Below, piece after piece: positions 1-11,247 of a stretch of DNA of 24,000 bases. Within the stretch, counting starts at the first letter, position 1; each line of letters begins with the position of its first letter. A model generated the notes under the pieces. That model ran no database searches and was not told the origin of the DNA. It saw nothing but the letters and a program-made list of their open reading frames with translations. The DNA comes from an uncultured Methanobacteriaceae archaeon. GTDB taxonomy: Archaea > Methanobacteriota > Methanobacteria > Methanobacteriales > Methanobacteriaceae. The translations under genes were made by a program, and so were the position numbers. The stretch spans positions 328,082-352,081 of the forward strand of contig CAWAVR010000038.1 in NCBI GenBank assembly GCA_963785515.1. Reading direction: 5' to 3'.

Positions 1-740
1 AGGATGCTCTGGGAGCGCAGAAATTCTTAAATGAAGAGATGATCAAGGAATTTCCTTTAGGAGAATTGAGAGATAGGAGTAATGAAGTGGAAAAACTTTG
101 TCGAGGTACAAGTGATTTTTCTAAGAAATCGCTTGATGAAATATTTGAAGTGTCTGGTGAGAGAAATATCGAAGCCGTAGATGATCTAGATTTTATACCG
201 CTGGTGGTTAAGATATCAGGTTTTGGCGGGCAGGGTGTTATGAGTATGGGTCTTACTTTGGCTCAGGCTGCTTATAAGTCCCGAAGATATGTTTCTTTTT
301 ATCCGGCATATGGTCCTGAGCAACGTGGAGGAACATCTGATTGTACTGTGGTTATATCCGGGGAAACTATAAGTTTACCCACAGCTTATAAATCAGATTT
401 ATTAGTTGCTTTGAATGAGCCATCCTTAGAGAAATTCGCTAATCGAGTTAAAAAAGGAGGAATTATCCTTCACGATAGTGAATTAAGAGGATTCGACGCT
501 CCTGAAGGTGTGAAAGTGATACAGGTACCTGCAGTTAGAATTGCGAGGAAATTTGGAGTTGTTAAAGCAGCTAATACTGTGATGTTAGGTGTTATAGTAC
601 AAATAAAATCTGCAGGACTTTCTCAAGAAGTTTTCGAAGATGCTATTAAACATACTTTCAATAAAAATCCTAAATTGATTAATATTAACCTGGAAATTTT
701 AAATGCCGGTTCAAAATGGGCTGAGGAAAATTTAAATTAA
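1..740 (+). CDS. 2-oxoacid:ferredoxin oxidoreductase, gamma-type domain (5' partial; frame open to the left window edge)
   Basis: Frame 3 has no stop from nt 3 to the TAA at 738-740, so the ATG at 39 is only the first in-window Met. Residues from about VVKISGFGGQGVMSMGLTLAQAA through YGPEQRGGTSDCTVVIS and ANTVMLGV match the gamma (catalytic) domain of pyruvate/ketoisovalerate oxidoreductases. About 55 aa of acidic linker-like sequence precedes it. This may therefore be the C-terminal half of a beta-gamma fused subunit (VorA-like, as I recall for Methanothermobacter) that begins upstream of the window. Confidence 0.8.
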   Translation, partial: DALGAQKFLNEEMIKEFPLGELRDRSNEVEKLCRGTSDFSKKSLDEIFEVSGERNIEAVDDLDFIPLVVKISGFGGQGVMSMGLTLAQAAYKSRRYVSFYPAYGPEQRGGTSDCTVVISGETISLPTAYKSDLLVALNEPSLEKFANRVKKGGIILHDSELRGFDAPEGVKVIQVPAVRIARKFGVVKAANTVMLGVIVQIKSAGLSQEVFEDAIKHTFNKNPKLININLEILNAGSKWAEENLN

Positions 741-748
741 AATAATAG

Positions 749-1075
749 ATGAAAATGGGTGATTTGTTGAAAGAAGTTATAAAAGTTAAAAAGAAGGATG
801 GTAGTGTAGAAACTTTTGATCCGGAGAAGTTTAAAAGAGCTATGTTGAAGGCAGCCATAGATGCGGGTTACACTTTAGAGGGAAATGAGGATTTAACTTT
901 AGTGGATATAATTACTGATGATTTAGAGAAAGAATTAGAAAATGAAAATGAAATTGATACTGCTACTATTCGTAAGTTAATATTAAATAAATTGGAAAGA
1001 TTTGAATCGTCAATATTTGAATCTTGGAGAAAATTTGAAGAGAAATATAAATTATGGAAACTATATCTTAGATAG
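749..1075 (+). CDS. stand-alone ATP-cone domain protein
   Basis: 108-aa ORF starting 8 nt after the upstream stop. VIKVKKKDGSVETFDPEKFKRAMLKAAIDAG fits the ATP-cone pattern found at the N-termini of NrdR and ribonucleotide reductases. No catalytic domain is attached. Confidence 0.65.
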   Translation: MKMGDLLKEVIKVKKKDGSVETFDPEKFKRAMLKAAIDAGYTLEGNEDLTLVDIITDDLEKELENENEIDTATIRKLILNKLERFESSIFESWRKFEEKYKLWKLYLR

Positions 1076-1660
1076 AACCAAACATAGAATTTGAAATATA
1101 AAAAATTTTATGCGAAAATTTTATTATATTAATTTATTATATTATTAATTCGTAATATTAGAGTTAAATATTGATTTTATGTTACTTTTATTTACTTGGA
1201 GATTATGTTCAGATTAACTGATTTTGGTTTTTAAAATGAATGGAACAACTTCTATACCTCGAAAAATCATTTTTGTAAGAAGTTAATATTACTTATTGTT
1301 ATATTCTAGATCTTTATCTTCTCTATTTCTTTGAACTTCTTTTTTTTATGTTAAGTATGTCTAGTCTGGAGCTTAGAGGGGTATATTTAGCTTATTATCT
1401 ATGTATCTATATATTTTAGGATAATTAATAATAAAATATTATTGAATAGTTTCAGAAATTAGTAAATTGTATAAAATAATTTGAATAAATAAAATTCTAA
1501 TATTAATAAAAAAATAAATTGAAAATCTTTTTTAATACTTGAAAAGATTATAATTTTCTATTATTTGATTTTTAAATAGATTATTTAAAGATTTTTCAAC
1601 AAAAAAAAAAAATTTAAACAATTTTAAGTTTTTATTTATTAAATTATTTGGGATGATATA

Positions 1661-2440
1661 ATGAAGAAAATAAGGATTTGGTGTTGGAATGTAAATGGTG
1701 TAAGGGCTGTTCATAGGAAAGGCTTTAAAAATTGGTTTATAACAGAAAAACCTGATATTCTATGCATTCAAGAAACAAAAGCAGATCGAAAACAATTCCC
1801 ACCGGATATAAGGAACGTCGAAGGTTATCAAACCTATTTTTCAGAAGCAGATAGGAAAGGTTATAGTGGGGTGGCTATTTACACGAATATAAAGCCAAAA
1901 ACAGTAAAAACCGGTTTTGGAATTGATGAATTTGACCGGGAAGGACGAATATTAATTGCAGATTATATAGATTTCGTTTTGTTCAATATTTACTTTCCTA
2001 ACGGCAAAAGATCTCCTGAAAGACTACAGTTTAAGATGGATTTCTACGATACGTTCTTGGAATATGTAAATGAACTTAAAGATGAAGGTAGAAACGTAGT
2101 AGTCTGTGGAGACGTTAATACTGCTCATAAAGAAATCGACATAGCTAGACCTAAAGAAAATGAGAAAATCTCAGGATTCTTACCGGAAGAAAGAGCTTGG
2201 ATAGACAAATTTTTAAGTGATGGATATGTGGATACCTTCAGAGAGTTTAATACGGAACCAGATCAATATAGTTGGTGGAGTTATCGTACAAAAGCTAGGG
2301 AAAGGAATGTTGGCTGGAGATTAGATTATTTTTTTGTAAACCGCGAACTCATGGAACATGTAGAATCTTCATACATTTTATCAGATGTTATGGGTTCTGA
2401 TCATGCTCCAATAGGTTTAGATTTAGTTTGGGACGATTAA
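1661..2440 (+). CDS. xth: exodeoxyribonuclease III family AP endonuclease (Mth212-type)
   Basis: 259 aa with ExoIII/APE1 (EEP fold) motifs WNVNG, CIQETK, GDVNTAH, WWSYR, LDYFF and SDHAPI. It is collinear with what I recall of the Methanothermobacter ExoIII homologue Mth212. Confidence 0.9.
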   Translation: MKKIRIWCWNVNGVRAVHRKGFKNWFITEKPDILCIQETKADRKQFPPDIRNVEGYQTYFSEADRKGYSGVAIYTNIKPKTVKTGFGIDEFDREGRILIADYIDFVLFNIYFPNGKRSPERLQFKMDFYDTFLEYVNELKDEGRNVVVCGDVNTAHKEIDIARPKENEKISGFLPEERAWIDKFLSDGYVDTFREFNTEPDQYSWWSYRTKARERNVGWRLDYFFVNRELMEHVESSYILSDVMGSDHAPIGLDLVWDD

Positions 2441-2649
2441 TTTTATGGGTATTTATTCAAATCTTATTTACGGGTCGTGATTCTAAAATATTCTAGTTTT
2501 AATTCACATGAAAAAAACTTAAAATTCTTTTTATTTATTCTTATTAATGTAGTAATTTAATATTTAGATTATTGATGATAAAATGTGATTTTTCAAATTT
2601 AATATAAATATTACTTTGAAGCTTTAAATGGAAAACCAGAGGGATTAAT

Positions 2650-3963
2650 ATGAGTTATAAAGGAGTTTGTAAGGAATTTTTAGATTCATGTAGCATATCT
2701 TTTGGTGATATTATTTTAATAACCAAAAAAAGTGTGGAATACAAAGGTATGGTTTTAAACAGGGCCACTGGAGTTGATGATAAGCATTTAGTGCTTAAAT
2801 TAGATAATGGTTATAATATAGGTGTCGATGTAACTGATGCAAGGGTAAAGCTTTTAGAGAAGGGAGAAAAACCTAAAATAGAATTACCTAAACTTGATAT
2901 AAAGAATGATCCTGATAAGAAGAATATATCTATAATATCTACAGGGGGAACTGTTGCATCAATAATTGATTATAAAACTGGCGCTGTTCATCCCGCTTTT
3001 ACTGCAGATGACCTTTTACGTGCAAACCCGGAACTAATGGAGCAGGCTAACATTAAAGGAAAGGCAATATTGAATATTTTAAGCGAGAACATGAAACCAG
3101 AATACTGGATTAAAACCGCCCGTAACATTGTCGATGAGGTTAATAATGGTGCAGATGGGGTTATTGTGGCGCATGGAACTGATACCATGCATTACACTTC
3201 AGCAGCATTGAGTTTTATGCTAAATACTCCTGTTCCTATAATTTTAACGGGTGCACAAAGGAGTTCAGATCGACCTTCCAGTGATGCTTTTTTGAATCTA
3301 ATGGCGTCTGTTAAGGCTGCTAAATCAGATATAGCTGAAGTTTTGGTGTGTATGCATTCCAGTATGAATGATACTTATACTTATTTGCATCGAGGTACTA
3401 AAGTTAGGAAGATGCATACCTCTCGGCGGGATACTTTTCGTAGTATAAATACTCAGCCCCTTGCTAAGATTGAAAATGATAATTTGGAAATTTTGGATAA
3501 AACCATAGATTATTCAAGAAGAAGTCAAAATGAAATTAAAATTTATGATACATTGGAAGAGGATGTTGCATTAATAAAGAGTTATCCTGGCATATCTGGT
3601 AATATAATAGATTATTATGTGGATAAAGGATTCAAGGGCTTAGTGTTAGAAGGCACAGGGTTAGGGCATTGTCCGGAAGAATTGATACCTTCACTTCAAC
3701 GGGCGAAGGATGATGAAATTCCAGTAATAATGACATCTCAATGTCTCTATGGGAGAGTTAATATGAATGTCTACAGCACGGGACGTAAACTTTTAGACTC
3801 TGGAGTATTTTCAGCTTTAGATATGTTACCAGAGACAGCTTATGTTAAACTGATATGGACTTTGGGTCAAACAGAGGATTTTAATGAAGTGAGGAATATA
3901 ATGCAAACTAATTTGAAGGGCGAAATTCGATTTAAAACATCCCAAGAATATTTTTTAAATTAA
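2650..3963 (+). CDS. gatD: Glu-tRNA(Gln) amidotransferase subunit D
   Basis: 437 aa. The asparaginase-type domain has ISTGGTVAS (catalytic Thr) and AHGTDTM motifs, and there is a GatD-specific N-terminal domain. gatE follows 23 nt downstream. Confidence 0.92.
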   Translation: MSYKGVCKEFLDSCSISFGDIILITKKSVEYKGMVLNRATGVDDKHLVLKLDNGYNIGVDVTDARVKLLEKGEKPKIELPKLDIKNDPDKKNISIISTGGTVASIIDYKTGAVHPAFTADDLLRANPELMEQANIKGKAILNILSENMKPEYWIKTARNIVDEVNNGADGVIVAHGTDTMHYTSAALSFMLNTPVPIILTGAQRSSDRPSSDAFLNLMASVKAAKSDIAEVLVCMHSSMNDTYTYLHRGTKVRKMHTSRRDTFRSINTQPLAKIENDNLEILDKTIDYSRRSQNEIKIYDTLEEDVALIKSYPGISGNIIDYYVDKGFKGLVLEGTGLGHCPEELIPSLQRAKDDEIPVIMTSQCLYGRVNMNVYSTGRKLLDSGVFSALDMLPETAYVKLIWTLGQTEDFNEVRNIMQTNLKGEIRFKTSQEYFLN

Positions 3964-3986
3964 AATTTATGTATAGGTGATTTTTA

Positions 3987-5864
3987 ATGGATTATGAGAA
4001 ATTCGGTCTTAAAATGGGATTAGAGATACACCAACAACTCAACACAAATGAAAAATTATTTTGTCCATGTGAATGTAGTTTAACCGATAAAAAACCACAA
4101 CTTAAGATTTTAAGGAATTTAAGACCCACTCAAAGCGAATTGGGTAAAATTGACCGGGCAGCATTTGAAGAATCTCGACGTAAACTTCAATTTATATATG
4201 AATCCTACAATCAGCACACTTGTCTAGTTGAAGCTGATGAAGAACCACCGCAACCCTTAAATTTAGAAGCCCTAGAAATATCACTTATAATTGCTTCGTT
4301 AGTTAATATGCAGATTGTAGATGAATTTCATGTCATGAGAAAACAGGTTATTGATGGAAGTAATACCGGTGGTTTTCAAAGGACAGGATTAATAGCCACT
4401 AATGGTTATTTGGAAACGGAATATGGAAAAGTTATTATAGATAATCTTTGTTTAGAGGAAGACGCAGCTAGAAGAATGCATGAAGAGAAAGGAAAAACTA
4501 GTTTCAGGTTAGATAGATTAGGTATACCATTAGTAGAGATAACGACTGATCCTAGTATTCATCACCCTCAGCAAGTTAAGGAAGTTGCATATCAAATAGG
4601 TCAGATACTACGCAGTACTAAAGTTAAGCGGGGACTCGGAACTATACGTCAAGATTTAAATATATCAATCAGTGCTGGTGCTCGTGTGGAGATTAAAGGA
4701 GTTCAAGATCTGGATTTAATGCCTAAAATGGTTGAAAATGAGGTTAAAAGACAAGTAAATCTTCTTGAAATTAAAGATGAGCTCCAAAAAAGAGATGCAA
4801 GTATAGAAAATGAAATATTTGATGTAAAATCCGTTTTTACTAATACTAAGTCAAATATAGTGTCTAATGCTTTGTCTAGGGGCGGTAGTGTTCTGGCTAT
4901 TAAACTAATTGGATTTGAAGGCTTAATTGGAAGAAATATCCAGCCTAACCGAAGATTCGGAACAGAACTTGCAGGATATGCTAAAAAAATGGGTGTATCG
5001 GGTATTTTTCACACTGACGAGTTGCCATCATACGGAATAACACTGGAAGAAGTTGATGAAGTAAATAAAATTATAGGTGCATTACATGGTGATTCGTTTA
5101 TTATGGTTGCAGATGAAGATTCGAAAGCCAGAAATGCCCTATTAGAAGTACAAAGAAGAGTAAAAACAGCCCTAATACATATTCCAGAAGAGACCCGAAA
5201 GGCATTGGAAGATGGAAACTCTGAATATCTACGACCATTATCTACTGCCAGTAGGATGTACGTTGAAACAGACATACCTGCTATTGGAATATCCCGTAGA
5301 TATATTGAGAAAATAGGAAAAAATCTTCCAGAACTTCCTAGTGAAAAAAAGAATCGTATAATTGCTAAATATGGATTGAGCGAAGATTTAGCCACACAAT
5401 TGGTTAAAAATAATAAAGTTGATGATTTTGAAAAACTTGAAGCAGTATATGATTTAGATTCTACTGTAATCGCGTCCACTTTAGCTTACACTATCAAAGA
5501 ACTTAAAAGAGAGGGATTAAATGTTGATATTTTGGATTTAGGTGTTCTAAAAGAAGTTTTCTCTTATATTCATGAAAATAAGATCCCAACAGCTTCCATA
5601 ACTGCTGTATTGAGAAGTGTTGCTAAAAATGGATATTCGGTTCATGAAGCGATTAAAAATGAAGGGTTGGAAAAACTGTCAAATGATGAAATAGAAATGA
5701 TTATTGATAATGTAATCTCATCAAATAATGAAATTATTATGCAGAGGGGAATGGCGGCTATGGGGCCGTTGATGGGGACGGTTATGAAGTCTCTTAAAGG
5801 AAAAGCCGATGGTAAATTAGTTAATAAACTTTTAAAAGATAAATTAATTAAGATGATAAACTAA
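3987..5864 (+). CDS. gatE: Glu-tRNA(Gln) amidotransferase subunit E
   Basis: 625 aa. The N-terminus [12 protein letters not shown] is the GatB/GatE signature, followed by EEDAAR and a long insertion and tail typical of archaeal GatE. SD-like AGGTGA lies 7 nt upstream of the ATG. Confidence 0.92.
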   Translation: MDYEKFGLKMGLEIHQQLNTNEKLFCPCECSLTDKKPQLKILRNLRPTQSELGKIDRAAFEESRRKLQFIYESYNQHTCLVEADEEPPQPLNLEALEISLIIASLVNMQIVDEFHVMRKQVIDGSNTGGFQRTGLIATNGYLETEYGKVIIDNLCLEEDAARRMHEEKGKTSFRLDRLGIPLVEITTDPSIHHPQQVKEVAYQIGQILRSTKVKRGLGTIRQDLNISISAGARVEIKGVQDLDLMPKMVENEVKRQVNLLEIKDELQKRDASIENEIFDVKSVFTNTKSNIVSNALSRGGSVLAIKLIGFEGLIGRNIQPNRRFGTELAGYAKKMGVSGIFHTDELPSYGITLEEVDEVNKIIGALHGDSFIMVADEDSKARNALLEVQRRVKTALIHIPEETRKALEDGNSEYLRPLSTASRMYVETDIPAIGISRRYIEKIGKNLPELPSEKKNRIIAKYGLSEDLATQLVKNNKVDDFEKLEAVYDLDSTVIASTLAYTIKELKREGLNVDILDLGVLKEVFSYIHENKIPTASITAVLRSVAKNGYSVHEAIKNEGLEKLSNDEIEMIIDNVISSNNEIIMQRGMAAMGPLMGTVMKSLKGKADGKLVNKLLKDKLIKMIN

Positions 5865-5945
5865 ATAAAGAATTAAACAAATTCATTTATCGATAAGTAA
5901 AATTTTTATTATTTAAAGAGTACAGGATTAAAGGACTGATCTAGT

Positions 5946-6863
5946 ATGGATAAATATGACATGGTGATAGTAGGTTCAGGACCTGCTGGATTAACAGCAG
6001 CTATTTATTCCGGCAGGCAGAACTTCAAGACTTTAGTTTTAGAGAAGGCATTAATCGGTGGAACTGGATTGATGGTGCCAATCATGGAGAACTACCCTGG
6101 CTTTGATATGATCTCTGGTAGAAAATTGATAGAGCTTATGAAAACTCAAACTATGAAGCATGCAGAAATAAAAGAATTGGAGGAAGTGCAGAAGGTGGAA
6201 TACAACGAAGAGTTATTGAAAATATCCACTACTAAGGGAAATTACTTGTCTAAATCCATAATATTAGCTACAGGTAGTAAGCATAGATTTCTTAATGTTC
6301 CTGGTGAAGCTGAATTCTTAGGGCGGGGAGTTTCTTACTGCGCTACCTGTGATGGGCCATTATTTGTGGGACGTAGAGTACTCGTCGTCGGTGGAGGGAA
6401 TAGTGCAGCGCAGCAGGCGATCTATTTGGATAGTATTGGAGTTTTAGTGGCTATAGTTCACCGTAGAAATGAACTTAGGGCAGAAATTTATCTACAGAGA
6501 CTTTTAGAAGATAAAGATATACCTATTATATGGAATTCAGAATTAAAAGAGATTAAAGGTGATCAACTGGTGCAAAGCGCAGTTTTATATAATAATAAAA
6601 TAGGGAAAAAAGAAGAAGTTGTTACAGATGGTATATTTGTAGCAGTTGGAGAAATACCATCCAATAAGTTAGCCTATGATATGGGGATAGAAATTGATGA
6701 GCGTGGTGGATATATAATTACAGATAAAGGTCAAAGAACTAACCTTCCTCATGTTTATGCTGCTGGTGACGTAACTATCGGAAACAATCAATGGTTGATT
6801 GCATGTTCTGAAGGGGCGGTAGCTGCATTATCTGCATTTCAAGACATACAAATAAGGAAATAA
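5946..6863 (+). CDS. trxB: thioredoxin-disulfide reductase (low-Mr TrxR family)
   Basis: 305 aa. It has the FAD fold [11 protein letters not shown], the redox-active CATCDG, a second dinucleotide fold GGGNSA followed by HRRNELRA, and a C-terminal AAGDV. Confidence 0.85.
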   Translation: MDKYDMVIVGSGPAGLTAAIYSGRQNFKTLVLEKALIGGTGLMVPIMENYPGFDMISGRKLIELMKTQTMKHAEIKELEEVQKVEYNEELLKISTTKGNYLSKSIILATGSKHRFLNVPGEAEFLGRGVSYCATCDGPLFVGRRVLVVGGGNSAAQQAIYLDSIGVLVAIVHRRNELRAEIYLQRLLEDKDIPIIWNSELKEIKGDQLVQSAVLYNNKIGKKEEVVTDGIFVAVGEIPSNKLAYDMGIEIDERGGYIITDKGQRTNLPHVYAAGDVTIGNNQWLIACSEGAVAALSAFQDIQIRK

Positions 6864-7116
6864 TAAAATATTTATCTTTTATAAAAATTAAATTATAAAT
6901 TATTCAGATTTTTGTATTTTTCAAATTTAGTTGATATAAATTTAGTAAAATCTAATGTTTTCATTGAAGATCAATTAAAAATATAGATACCATGGAAAAA
7001 ATCAGTTTAAGTGAGAAATAATTAAAAATATTTAATACAATTTTGAAATTAAATTACTTTCTAAATTTTTTTGATAAATATTATTTTGAATTTTATTTTA
7101 TTTTAACATATTAATC

Positions 7117-7968
7117 GTGGTTAAATTGTTATCTAATGTTAGATTCGGCCCTGCAGGAAATCCTTTAGGATATAAGGGTGAAACTGTAAATGTATGTAAT
7201 TATATACATAAAAGAGGATTAGATGCCTATGAATATCAGGCTTCACATGGAGTGCGTATTTCAAAACAATCAGCATTAAAGCTTAAAAAAAACGCAAAAG
7301 TAAATGATGTAATGATTTCGATGCATGCACCTTACTACATCAATTTATCATCGAATAAGGATGATGTAATCGAGAGATCAATCCAAAGATTAATTCAGTC
7401 CGCAAAAGCTGCTGAATGGATGAACGCCTGCAGGATAGTCTTTCATCCGGGATTTTATACTAAATATACACCCAAAGATGCCATGATAAAGCTTCACAGT
7501 GCTGTTAATATTTTAAATGAGAAATTAGATTCCATTGGTGTTTCTAATTATACCTTCGCACCTGAGACTACTGGTAAAAAATCACAGCTTGGCAGTCTAG
7601 AAGAGATTATAGAGATATGCCGGACACATGAAAACTTTACTCCTACAATAGACTTTGCACATTTACATGCTAGATCTGGTGGAGGAATAAAAAATAAAGA
7701 AGATTATAAGATAATATTTGAGAAATTAGAAAATGATTTAGATTTAAAATCGATTCATAGTCATTTCACAAGAATTGAATTTACAGATAAAGGTGAGAGA
7801 AGACATCATGCTCTTTTTGAGGATAATTATGGACCTCCATTAGAACCACTTCTTGAGGAAATTGCAGAAGTAGGTTGGAATGTAACTATAATCTGTGAAA
7901 CTCCTAAATTAGATGAGGATGCTCTAGTAATGCAGAAGATTTACAATAATATTATTAAAAATTATTAA
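7117..7968 (+). CDS. endonuclease IV family TIM-barrel protein (AP endonuclease family 2)
   Basis: 283 aa with a GTG start. Metal-ligand-bearing motifs are collinear with endonuclease IV: [33 protein letters not shown] and ICETP. The exact substrate cannot be told from sequence. Confidence 0.7.
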   Translation: MVKLLSNVRFGPAGNPLGYKGETVNVCNYIHKRGLDAYEYQASHGVRISKQSALKLKKNAKVNDVMISMHAPYYINLSSNKDDVIERSIQRLIQSAKAAEWMNACRIVFHPGFYTKYTPKDAMIKLHSAVNILNEKLDSIGVSNYTFAPETTGKKSQLGSLEEIIEICRTHENFTPTIDFAHLHARSGGGIKNKEDYKIIFEKLENDLDLKSIHSHFTRIEFTDKGERRHHALFEDNYGPPLEPLLEEIAEVGWNVTIICETPKLDEDALVMQKIYNNIIKNY

Positions 7969-8086
7969 TATCAACGATATTTTTATTCAGCATTAAAAAT
8001 AGTTTTTCAAAATTTTTATTATTAATTTTTTTTAGGCCCAAAGTATATATGTTTATGATTAAAAAATTATTAGTGGTGATTACCTA

Positions 8087-9208
8087 GTGAAATTTAACAA
8101 TATAATCTCCGATCCAATTATATCAGATAAAAAGACTTCAAGAATCCCGGAAAAACCTAAAAATGAAGCTAGACTAGTTGTACTTCAACCTATTGGTTAC
8201 CCTTTTCTGTGTAACTTGGTGGAGAATCCTAAAATAGAAATATTTAATAAAGAACTTTTTGAACTCTATGCCCGAGAACAATGGGAAGGATTCACGGTAA
8301 ATGAAGGTTCATTTATTTTTGATCAGAAATTATTGCCTGATTATGCCTTCAAGATTATAAAAGCCCATCCAGATAACTCTGAAATAACTGAACAAACTTC
8401 TATAGTATTAATGGAAATTGAAGAATCTAGAGAAATAAGGAGACTGGTAAGCAATATTAAGCTTGAGGATGTAGTTGGACAGGAACGGGCTAAAACTAAA
8501 TGTAAAATCATTATGAAGTATTTGCAAGATCCATCACACTTTGGTGAATGGGCTCCCCGAAATGTACTGTTCCACGGTACACCTGGAACTGGGAAAACTA
8601 TGTTAGCTAAATCGTTATCTAATGAGCTTAATGTGCCATTATTCCTTATAAAAGCTACTAGTTTGATAGGTGAGCATGTGGGGGATGGAGCTAGACAAAT
8701 ACACGAATTATTTGAAGCAGCATCCGTTACAGCCCCATCGGTGATATTTATAGATGAGATAGATGCCATAGGTCTGGATAGAAAGTACCAGTCACTTAGG
8801 GGAGACGTATCTGAAGTAGTTAATGCATTACTCACTGAGATGGATGGAATAGACTATAATAAAGGAGTGGTGACTATAGGTGCCACTAATAATCCTCATC
8901 TCCTAGATTTCGCTATAAAAAGCAGATTTGAAGAGGAAATTGAATTCACATTGCCTAATGATGAGGAGAGATTAGCTATAATTAAGCTTTACGTTAAGTC
9001 ATTACCCATTCCAATTGAATTTGATATTAAAAAATTGGTTATTTATACTAAAGGAATGTCTGGAAGGGATATTAAAGAGCGAGTTTTAAAAGTGGCTTTA
9101 CATAAAGCTATCTATGAGGATGTAGATTTAATAACATGGGACCAAATTAAATATGCATTAAAACAACTCAAAAAAGATACTGACCAGCCTAAAGGAATGT
9201 TTGCTTAA
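8087..9208 (+). CDS. single-module AAA+ ATPase (classical AAA clade, similar in size to the MJ1494-type proteasome-regulatory-subunit homologues)
   Basis: 373 aa with a GTG start and GGTGAT 7 nt upstream. It has Walker A GTPGTGKT, Walker [10 protein letters not shown] and the second region of homology [17 protein letters not shown] roughly 130-aa N-terminal domain is of unclear family. Confidence 0.85.
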   Translation: MKFNNIISDPIISDKKTSRIPEKPKNEARLVVLQPIGYPFLCNLVENPKIEIFNKELFELYAREQWEGFTVNEGSFIFDQKLLPDYAFKIIKAHPDNSEITEQTSIVLMEIEESREIRRLVSNIKLEDVVGQERAKTKCKIIMKYLQDPSHFGEWAPRNVLFHGTPGTGKTMLAKSLSNELNVPLFLIKATSLIGEHVGDGARQIHELFEAASVTAPSVIFIDEIDAIGLDRKYQSLRGDVSEVVNALLTEMDGIDYNKGVVTIGATNNPHLLDFAIKSRFEEEIEFTLPNDEERLAIIKLYVKSLPIPIEFDIKKLVIYTKGMSGRDIKERVLKVALHKAIYEDVDLITWDQIKYALKQLKKDTDQPKGMFA

Positions 9209-9219
9209 TTAAATTTACA

Positions 9220-9237
9220 TTTTTTCTTTTTTTTGTT
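9220..9237 (+). terminator. oligo-T tract downstream of the AAA ATPase gene
   Basis: TTTTTTCTTTTTTTTGTT begins 12 nt after the TAA at 9206-9208, and a second T9 run follows near 9273. Archaeal RNA polymerase terminates at oligo-T tracts. The region lies between convergent genes. Confidence 0.45.
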
Positions 9238-9385
9238 AATTTTTATTAATCTATCATTTAACATTTTTTTTTATCAAAGAAATCAAGATATTTTAAGCAA
9301 CATAAATATCCTTGGAATGATTAATATTGCTTAAATTATTTCATAAAGATAATTTAAAGCAAAAATAATAAAATAAATATTTACT

Positions 9386-10600
9386 TTATAATCTCTCATT
9401 AACATTTTCTGAGAAAATAGTTTCAATGGCTTTCATAACCATGATATCATCTTTTTCAGCGGCATTCCTTATATTTTTAATTATATCACAAAAGACACGA
9501 TCAACTACTACTTGGGTCAAATCATCAACTATCTTTTCTTTACCATTAAGATCGCCCAACATTTTCAGTGCTTTAATGATTTCTTTCTGTCTTATTTCTT
9601 CAGCACTAGCCCGTATATGTGATATAATAGGCTCAACTTCCAGACGTTTTAATGATTTTTTCAAAAGTTCCAGTTCATCCTCTATGATTCTTTCCGCAGA
9701 AGAAACCTCTGATTCCCGCATTTTAAGATTTTCATCAGCTATAAACCTTAAATCATCCATGTTAAATAGTTTAACACCTAATTCTTTCACATTTTCATCG
9801 ATATCCCTTGGATTAGCAATATCCACCATCACTAACCTTGAAAGATTCTCAACAGGAACAAACTCTTCAACTTCTTTGCATGTTAATATATGGTGAGGTG
9901 CTCCAGTTGCACTTATAACTACATCAGCATCTCTCATGGCTTCATGAAGCCTGTCGAAGCGAATAGCGCATCCATTTAGTTCACAGGCTAATTTAACTGC
10001 ACTATTATAAGTTCTATTAGCCACAACTATAGCTTTAAGTTTCTTTTCTACAAGCGCTTTAGCTACCAGAGTTCCCATTTTACCAGCGCCTATAACCAAC
10101 ACTTTTTTACATTTTAAATCCCCATGTACAGATTCAGCGAGCTTCACAGCTGCAGTTCCAATTGATGTTGAACCCTGATTAATGCGTGTATTTTTCCTAA
10201 CCACTTGCCCCACATGGATTGCCTTAGTAAAAATAGTTCTTAAAATAGGTCCCATATACCCATCTTTAATACCATTTTTTCTAGAGTCTTTTATTTGCCC
10301 CAATATTTGGTCTTCACCAATTATCATGGACTCTAATCCGGATGCTAATCGTAAAAGGTGCCTTAATGCATCTTCATCTGTTTCAACTACGAAATTTAAC
10401 AGATCAAAGGATATATCATCTTCTTTGAACTGTTCTGAAATCAGATAAACTTCTGTTCGGTTACATGTTTTTAGGTAGAGATATTCATGGATATCGAAAT
10501 TACCTTGGATGTCGCGAAGAATAATGTCTAATTCTTGGGTTGATCTTTCTATCTGAGCTATATCTGCCGTCTGATGATCCACTCTTACATTCAGAATCAT
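9386..10600 (-). CDS. hemA: glutamyl-tRNA reductase
   Basis: 404 aa with the catalytic-Cys motif KTCNRTEVY, the NADPH fold VIGAGKMG and a C-terminal helical dimerisation region. Confidence 0.92.
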   Translation of the reverse strand: MILNVRVDHQTADIAQIERSTQELDIILRDIQGNFDIHEYLYLKTCNRTEVYLISEQFKEDDISFDLLNFVVETDEDALRHLLRLASGLESMIIGEDQILGQIKDSRKNGIKDGYMGPILRTIFTKAIHVGQVVRKNTRINQGSTSIGTAAVKLAESVHGDLKCKKVLVIGAGKMGTLVAKALVEKKLKAIVVANRTYNSAVKLACELNGCAIRFDRLHEAMRDADVVISATGAPHHILTCKEVEEFVPVENLSRLVMVDIANPRDIDENVKELGVKLFNMDDLRFIADENLKMRESEVSSAERIIEDELELLKKSLKRLEVEPIISHIRASAEEIRQKEIIKALKMLGDLNGKEKIVDDLTQVVVDRVFCDIIKNIRNAAEKDDIMVMKAIETIFSENVNERL

Positions 10601-10617
10601 TATATTAACCCGAATAC

Positions 10618-11244
10618 TTAAAGACTTAACGATTTTTTTAAAAAATTATCAACGTAAATTTTGGCGTTTACTAGTTTTCCTTCTTTTAGCAGTTCTTTAA
10701 TTTTTTCATCCTTTAAAATATGACTTAAATAATATTTTCTTTTTTTCTGATCTTTCACTTCATTTTTTAGTAATTTACGGGTAAAATCTTGGAGTTCTAT
10801 TTGGAGAATATCATCTTTTGTTATTATTTTCTCTATTCTTTTTCTTAACTCTTGAGCCATTAGTGGACTTTTACCTTGAGTGAATAAACATATTTGAACA
10901 TCTCCTATAAAAAAAGACGACGGTACAATAATATCACCTTTAACTGGATGGTCTGCTCTATTCAATAATTTTCCCTTAGCAAGATTTGACAGACGCTGAT
11001 TTAACTCTGTATCTCCAGTAGCTAATACTACAAGATCAGCCCATTTAATCCATTTTTGAGCTTCCTTCATAGGTTTTAAAGACGCTCCTAGTTTTAATAA
11101 TTCTATGGGGAGCATTGTTCCTAATAAAATTACATTGGCACCTGATTCTACGAATCTTATAGCTCTCCTCGTCCCCACTTCTCCTGATCCTACAATTAAA
11201 ATATTTTTATCACTCATTTCCAGGAAGAGTGGAGTCCAACCCAT
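10618..11244 (-). CDS. precorrin-2 dehydrogenase / sirohydrochlorin ferrochelatase (CysG-N / SirC / Met8 type)
   Basis: 208 aa. The N-terminal Rossmann motif [15 protein letters not shown] and the overall size fit the siroheme synthase N-domain family. It sits 17 nt upstream of hemA on the same strand. Confidence 0.8.
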   Translation of the reverse strand: MGWTPLFLEMSDKNILIVGSGEVGTRRAIRFVESGANVILLGTMLPIELLKLGASLKPMKEAQKWIKWADLVVLATGDTELNQRLSNLAKGKLLNRADHPVKGDIIVPSSFFIGDVQICLFTQGKSPLMAQELRKRIEKIITKDDILQIELQDFTRKLLKNEVKDQKKRKYYLSHILKDEKIKELLKEGKLVNAKIYVDNFLKKSLSL

Positions 11245-11247
11245 TAT

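Noticed and set aside
1532-1714. 60-aa minus-strand ORF spanning the xth start
   Set aside because: It sits mostly in the AT-rich spacer and overlaps the xth start codon. It is N/K/F/I-rich, as expected from random AT-rich sequence.
5009-5479. 156-aa antisense ORF within gatE, and similar antisense ORFs at 2988-3188, 8341-8835, 9426-9896, 10182-10448, 12717-13260, 13758-14003, 16477-16788, 17686-18060, 18884-19216 and 19519-19740
   Set aside because: All lie opposite well-supported genes. They give Ser/Ile/Phe-rich low-complexity translations and lack SD sequences or known motifs, so I treat them as shadow ORFs.
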